From NCBI GenBank assembly GCA_017444825.1, contig JAFSVU010000026.1, positions 86,009 through 150,008 of the forward strand: a stretch of DNA of 64,000 nucleotides. Reading direction: 5' to 3'. The stretch is from Clostridia bacterium (GTDB lineage Bacteria; Bacillota; Clostridia; UBA1212). Below the pieces are notes generated by a model. It was given only the letters and a program-made list of their open reading frames with translations. It ran no database searches and was not told the origin of the DNA. Below, in pieces: positions 59,990-64,000 of this stretch (position 1 is the first letter of the stretch; every line of letters starts with the position of its first letter). The translations under genes and the position numbers were made by a program.

Positions 59990-61348
59990 TTATAATGCTG
60001 CGAGAGCGTCCGCAACGGTCTCAGCCATACAGCCCAGCATCTCGTCATTCATGCCGGGATAAACGCCGAGCCAGAAAGTATCATCAAGAATTCTGTCGGT
60101 GTTTTCCAGGGTTCCGCATACCCTGTAGCCTTTTCCGCTTTCCCGCATTTCATCAAAACAGGGATGTTTGATAAGATTCCCCGCAAAAAGCATTCTGGTC
60201 TGTATACCTCTCTCTTCAAGGAACTTAACGACTTTCCCTCTGGCTCCTTTTTCGGTGCAGGTTATGAGAAATCCGAACCAGCTGGGGTTTGAATTCTCGC
60301 ATGGCACCGGAAGTATCACTTTGTCCGAAAGCCCCCGCTCCGAGAGAAGCTCCGAGAGCCTGCATTTCAAATATGTAAAATTATGCCTTCTCTTCTCAAC
60401 GAATGAAGGAAATTTGTCAAGCTGAGCGACGCCGATGGCAGCCTGAAGATCTGTGGCCTTAAGATTATAGCCCAGGTGTGAATATACGTATTTGTGATCA
60501 TAACCAATGGGCAGTTCCCCGTACTGTTTGTCAAACCTGTGGCCGCAGAGGTTGTCGCAGCCGGAAGGACACATGCAGTCCCTGCCCCAGTCCCTCATGG
60601 AAAGTGCGATCTTCCGAAGAAGCGGATCTCTCATATAGACCGCTCCGCCCTCTCCCATCGTCATGTGGTGGGGAGGATAAAAACTGGACGTGCCAATGTC
60701 GCCGACCGTGCCGGTGAGGTACTTTTTTCCGTCAAGCACGTATTCAGAGCCGAGAGCATCGCAGTTGTCCTCCACCAGAAACAGGCCGTGTCTGTCGCAA
60801 AATGATTTAACAGCCTTAAGGTCGAAAGGATTTCCCAGGGTGTGAGCGATCATGACCGCCCTGGTCTTTTCGGAATAGGCCTCCTCCAGCTTTGAAACGT
60901 CGATGTTATACTGAGGTATGGTCACGTCCACAAATACCGGCACGCAGCCGTACTGGATCATGGGTGCAACAGTGGTGGGAAACCCGCAGGCAACCGTTAT
61001 GATCTCATCGCCCGGCCGTATCCTTCTATCGCCGAGAAGCTTCGACGTAAGCGTCATGAAAGCCAAAAGATTCGCAGACGAGCCGGAATTGACCAACAGG
61101 CAGTAGGGCACGCCAAGGTACTCCGCAAACTTCTTTTCAAAAGCTTTGGTATATTCTCCGGATGTCAGCCAGAACTTAAGAGAAGCGTCCACGAGGTTTG
61201 TCATCTCTTCGCCGTCATATACCCTGCCGCCGTAGGATATGCGGTCGCCCTTCTCATATTTCTTTCTTTGATGAAAGGCCGCCGCATATTCCCGAACTTC
61301 ATCGAGTATTTTGGCCCTGGCCTGTTCTTCGTTCATGTTTTCAAACAT
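59990..61348 (-). CDS. rfbH: CDP-6-deoxy-D-xylo-4-hexulose-3-dehydrase (E1; DegT/DnrJ/EryC1 family with a [2Fe-2S] motif)
   Basis: PLP-fold aminotransferase-like core plus the E1 iron-sulfur cysteine block DWGRDCMCPSGCDNLCGHRF. 452 aa. Confidence 0.85.
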   Translation of the reverse strand: MFENMNEEQARAKILDEVREYAAAFHQRKKYEKGDRISYGGRVYDGEEMTNLVDASLKFWLTSGEYTKAFEKKFAEYLGVPYCLLVNSGSSANLLAFMTLTSKLLGDRRIRPGDEIITVACGFPTTVAPMIQYGCVPVFVDVTIPQYNIDVSKLEEAYSEKTRAVMIAHTLGNPFDLKAVKSFCDRHGLFLVEDNCDALGSEYVLDGKKYLTGTVGDIGTSSFYPPHHMTMGEGGAVYMRDPLLRKIALSMRDWGRDCMCPSGCDNLCGHRFDKQYGELPIGYDHKYVYSHLGYNLKATDLQAAIGVAQLDKFPSFVEKRRHNFTYLKCRLSELLSERGLSDKVILPVPCENSNPSWFGFLITCTEKGARGKVVKFLEERGIQTRMLFAGNLIKHPCFDEMRESGKGYRVCGTLENTDRILDDTFWLGVYPGMNDEMLGCMAETVADALAAL

Positions 61349-61385
61349 TTTCTGTCCTTTCGTTAAAAAGGCTAATTGTCTTTAA

Positions 61386-62540
61386 TTAAACCGCAGCACA
61401 AAACTCTGCGATCTGCTTTTCCATCACGTCAGACACATCAGAAAGAGCAGCCCTGCCGCACGGGATCTTCGAACCTTCCTCGAAGCTTCCGCCGCACTCC
61501 ATGTATACCTTGGACCACTCAACGACTTTGGCAACGGCCTTCTCATAGTTCCAGCGGGGTCTCCAGCCGAACACGTTTTTGATCTTAGCGCAGTCAAGTC
61601 TGAGGAGTCCGGCCTCATGGGGTTTGAATTCGGGATCGTATTCGAACGCACCGCCGTTTAAACCCCAGCATTTGTTGAATACGTCCACAAGTCTTCCCGT
61701 CTCCACGCAGTCGGAATAATCGGGGCCCACGTTATAGCTGCCGGCAAGCTCCGGATGCTCGCAAGTCTCTTTAGCTATCATGAGATAGGCAAATACCGGC
61801 TCAAGAACGTGCTGGTAAGGCCTCACCGAATAGGGATTTCTTATGCCCACCGGGTCCCCGTGTTCTGCGGCTCTCACGCAGTCCGGAATGATGCGGTCCT
61901 TTGCAAAATCTCCGCCGCCAATGACGTTGCCGGCCCGTACAGTGGATACCGCCACAGCCTTACCCGAAAAGAAGGACCTTTTATACGTTCCGGTCACAAG
62001 CTCTGAGCATGATTTGCTGTTGGAATAGGGGTCGTAGCCGTCAAGCACCTCATCCTCTCTGTAGCCCTCTTCCCGCTCAAGATTCCTGTAGACCTTGTCG
62101 GTAGTTACGTTGACGAAGGCTTTTACGGTATCCGAGAGCCTGACGCACTCGAGGACGTTAACGGTTCCGATAACATTGGTTTCGTAGGTGTAGACAGGAT
62201 CTTTATAGGACTCCCGAACGAGAGGCTGCGCAGCCATGTGGATGACGATTTCAGGCCTTGCCGCGAAAAATGCCTTCTTTAGAGCCTCAAGATCTCTTAC
62301 GTCCCCCGCGACAAAATTACAGAGAGAATCGCCGCCGATCACTTCAAACAGCGAGGGCTCCGTTGGAGGCTCAAGAGAATAGCCCGTGACTACGGCTCCC
62401 GCAAGGGAAAGGACCTTCAGCATCCAGGAACCCTTGAAGCCGGAAATGCCCGTTATAAAGACTCTTTTCCCCCGGAAGAATGATGTGAACTCCTCCCCGT
62501 AGGTATATATTCCGTTTTCCAAAGCTTCATTTTCTTTCAT
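61386..62540 (-). CDS. rfbG: CDP-glucose 4,6-dehydratase
   Basis: From Met55 of the listed ORF: MKENEALENGIYTYGEEFTSFFRGKRVFITGISGFKGSWMLKVL (SDR Rossmann), and YDPYSNSK. The 54-aa N-terminal extension would overlap rfbF and is rejected. Confidence 0.85.
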   Translation of the reverse strand: MKENEALENGIYTYGEEFTSFFRGKRVFITGISGFKGSWMLKVLSLAGAVVTGYSLEPPTEPSLFEVIGGDSLCNFVAGDVRDLEALKKAFFAARPEIVIHMAAQPLVRESYKDPVYTYETNVIGTVNVLECVRLSDTVKAFVNVTTDKVYRNLEREEGYREDEVLDGYDPYSNSKSCSELVTGTYKRSFFSGKAVAVSTVRAGNVIGGGDFAKDRIIPDCVRAAEHGDPVGIRNPYSVRPYQHVLEPVFAYLMIAKETCEHPELAGSYNVGPDYSDCVETGRLVDVFNKCWGLNGGAFEYDPEFKPHEAGLLRLDCAKIKNVFGWRPRWNYEKAVAKVVEWSKVYMECGGSFEEGSKIPCGRAALSDVSDVMEKQIAEFCAAV

Positions 62541-62550
62541 ATAACCGGTG

Positions 62551-63318
62551 TCACCAGGTCTTCCAGGGGGCGTTGCCGCTTTTCCAGAGTTCCTCAAGAT
62601 TCTTCTTGTCACGCTGGGTGTCCATGCACTGCCAGTAGCCCGTATGTCTGTAGGCCATAAGCTGACCCTGTTCGGAGAGGGTCTCGAGAGGTTCGTTTTC
62701 AAAAACCGTGGTGTCGTCCTTGAGATAATTGAAAATCTCCGGCTCCATCACCATGAATCCGCCGTTTATCGTACTTGAGTCGTCATCCTTCTTCTCCCTG
62801 AACTGTTTCACCACGTTTCCGTCAATGCCGAGAACGCCGAAACGCTGGACAGCCGATACTGCGGTGAGTGTACCTATCTTTCCGTGACTCCTGTGGAATT
62901 CAAGCAGCTCTTTGAGGTTAACGTCTGAAACCCCGTCGCCGTAAGTCAGCATAAAAGTCTCGTTTCCGATGTATTCTTTTATTCTGAGGATCCTTCCGCC
63001 GGTCATAGTGTTAAGCCCGGTCTCCGCAAGGGTCACCTTCCAGGGTTCATGCTCGTTCTTCAGATATTTAACGCTATTGTTTCCGATATCAAATGTCACG
63101 TCCGAGGTGTGAAGATAATAGTTTGCAAAATAGTCCTTCACTACAAAAGATTTATAGCCCAGACATATGATGAACTCATTGAATCCGTAGTGGGAATAGT
63201 GCTTCATAATGTGCCAGAGGATAGGCTCATCGCCAATTTCGATCATTGGTTTCGGTTTAAGGTGGCTCTCCTCGGATATACGGGTTCCGAGACCGCCGGC
63301 GAGTATTACGACCTTCAT
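62551..63318 (-). CDS. rfbF: Glucose-1-phosphate cytidylyltransferase
   Basis: MKVVILAGGLGTRISEESHLKPKPMIEIGDEPILWHIMKHYSHYGFNEFIICLGYK is the hallmark DdhA/RfbF N-terminus. 255 aa. Confidence 0.9.
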   Translation of the reverse strand: MKVVILAGGLGTRISEESHLKPKPMIEIGDEPILWHIMKHYSHYGFNEFIICLGYKSFVVKDYFANYYLHTSDVTFDIGNNSVKYLKNEHEPWKVTLAETGLNTMTGGRILRIKEYIGNETFMLTYGDGVSDVNLKELLEFHRSHGKIGTLTAVSAVQRFGVLGIDGNVVKQFREKKDDDSSTINGGFMVMEPEIFNYLKDDTTVFENEPLETLSEQGQLMAYRHTGYWQCMDTQRDKKNLEELWKSGNAPWKTW

Positions 63319-63343
63319 AAATATACTCCAAATCGGTTAGATT

Positions 63344-63372
63344 TTGACAGAGTGACAGACTCATCCTATCAT
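63344..63372 (+). promoter_or_regulatory. Putative sigma-A promoter ahead of ychF, leaving a ~200-nt leader
   Basis: TTGACA (63344-63349), a 17-nt spacer, then TATCAT (63367-63372). Confidence 0.45.
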
Positions 63373-63582
63373 TAAAATTGTACCACAAAGGGCCCGGATT
63401 TACAACCTGTTTCGCCCTTCCGCCACCCTCTAAGGATCTTTCTCGAAGCCACCCTTGAAATCCCCCTAAACCCCGAAGAGTGGCCCGGTTCTAAGTTGAT
63501 TTTCATTGGCGCCAGTATTATAATAAAAATCTATATCCTTTTAAGGAGGCAAGGTTCCGTAACCTTTGGAACCGACATTGCA

Positions 63583-64000
63583 ATGAAATTAGGTATTATA
63601 GGACTTCCGAACGTGGGAAAGAGCACTCTCTTCAATGCATTGACCAGTTCAAGGACTGCCGAGAGCGCCAACTACCCCTTCTGCACCATCGAACCGAACG
63701 TGGGCATCGTTCCGGTTCCCGATGAGAGACTGGACGTGCTGGCTAAGATGTACGATCCTGAAAAATACACCCCTGCCACCATCGAATTCGTAGACATAGC
63801 GGGTCTGGTTAAAGGCGCCGGCCGCGGTGAAGGCCTCGGAAACAAGTTTCTGGCAAACATACGTGAATCCGACGCGATCATACACGTGGTGAGATGCTTC
63901 GACGATGATAATATCATCCACGTTGACGGCAGCGTCGATCCTAAAAGAGACGTAGAGACCATTGAGTACGAGCTCATCTTCTCCGATATAGAGCTTCTTG
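63583..64000 (+). CDS. ychF: Ribosome-binding ATPase YchF (Obg-family), N-terminal part; the 3' end runs off the window
   Basis: [79 protein letters not shown]... The ORF is open to the window end. Confidence 0.85.
   Translation, partial: MKLGIIGLPNVGKSTLFNALTSSRTAESANYPFCTIEPNVGIVPVPDERLDVLAKMYDPEKYTPATIEFVDIAGLVKGAGRGEGLGNKFLANIRESDAIIHVVRCFDDDNIIHVDGSVDPKRDVETIEYELIFSDIELL

Noticed and set aside
61386-62702. 438-aa extended rfbG ORF
   Set aside because: The N-terminal 54 codons overlap rfbF by 150 nt in another frame and are Pro/Arg-rich nonsense. The family N-terminus begins at the Met at 62540.

Overview
This 64-kb window is a chromosomal segment from a Firmicute (Clostridia). The dockerin repeats, cadherin-like beta-sandwich domains, (PT)n linkers and lipoprotein glycoside hydrolases suggest a Ruminococcus/Oscillospiraceae-like fibrolytic organism. 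I support about 50 protein genes, one tRNA (tRNA-Pro CGG) and no rRNA or CRISPR. From 1 to 43203 almost every gene is on the minus strand. This run is conserved housekeeping: valS (5' part), a groES-groEL operon preceded by a near-consensus CIRCE/HrcA operator, then pcrA, rlmB, mrnC, miaA, mutL, two PT-linker surface proteins (one a dockerin-bearing glucosaminidase), plsC, an RNase E/G-like / DUF2344 / B12-radical-SAM triad, dnaE, pgcA, cca, metY, an addB-like nuclease gene with no addA, yhaM, an ABC (MacB-type) transporter and sugar-modifying enzymes. From 43 kb onwards orientation is mixed and the content is more accessory: lipoprotein glycoside hydrolases, a PHP phosphatase, a GH2-like enzyme, tRNA-Pro, an HD hydrolase, an esterase, a PRTase, aspS, the hexuronate genes uxaC-eda-kdgK, an SPFH protein, a surface protein, dapB, rfbF-rfbG-rfbH (CDP-dideoxyhexose) and ychF (5' part). 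The items I rate most worth a second look are: (i) an 840-aa, AT-/Lys-/Asn-/Tyr-rich four-TM protein with RCK-like Rossmann segments and a possible RyR-like motif, wedged between groEL and valS; (ii) a dispersed repeat family (core TTACTTATTACYT-N3-GCGGCACYCC) at two intergenic loci, including a 7-copy head-to-tail 34-bp array with inverted copies and a central structured spacer between aspS and kdgK; (iii) the addB-like gene that is TAATG-coupled to metY with no addA nearby; (iv) the dockerin-tethered peptidoglycan hydrolase. All calls rest on reading the translations and the DNA by eye. No database search was run.
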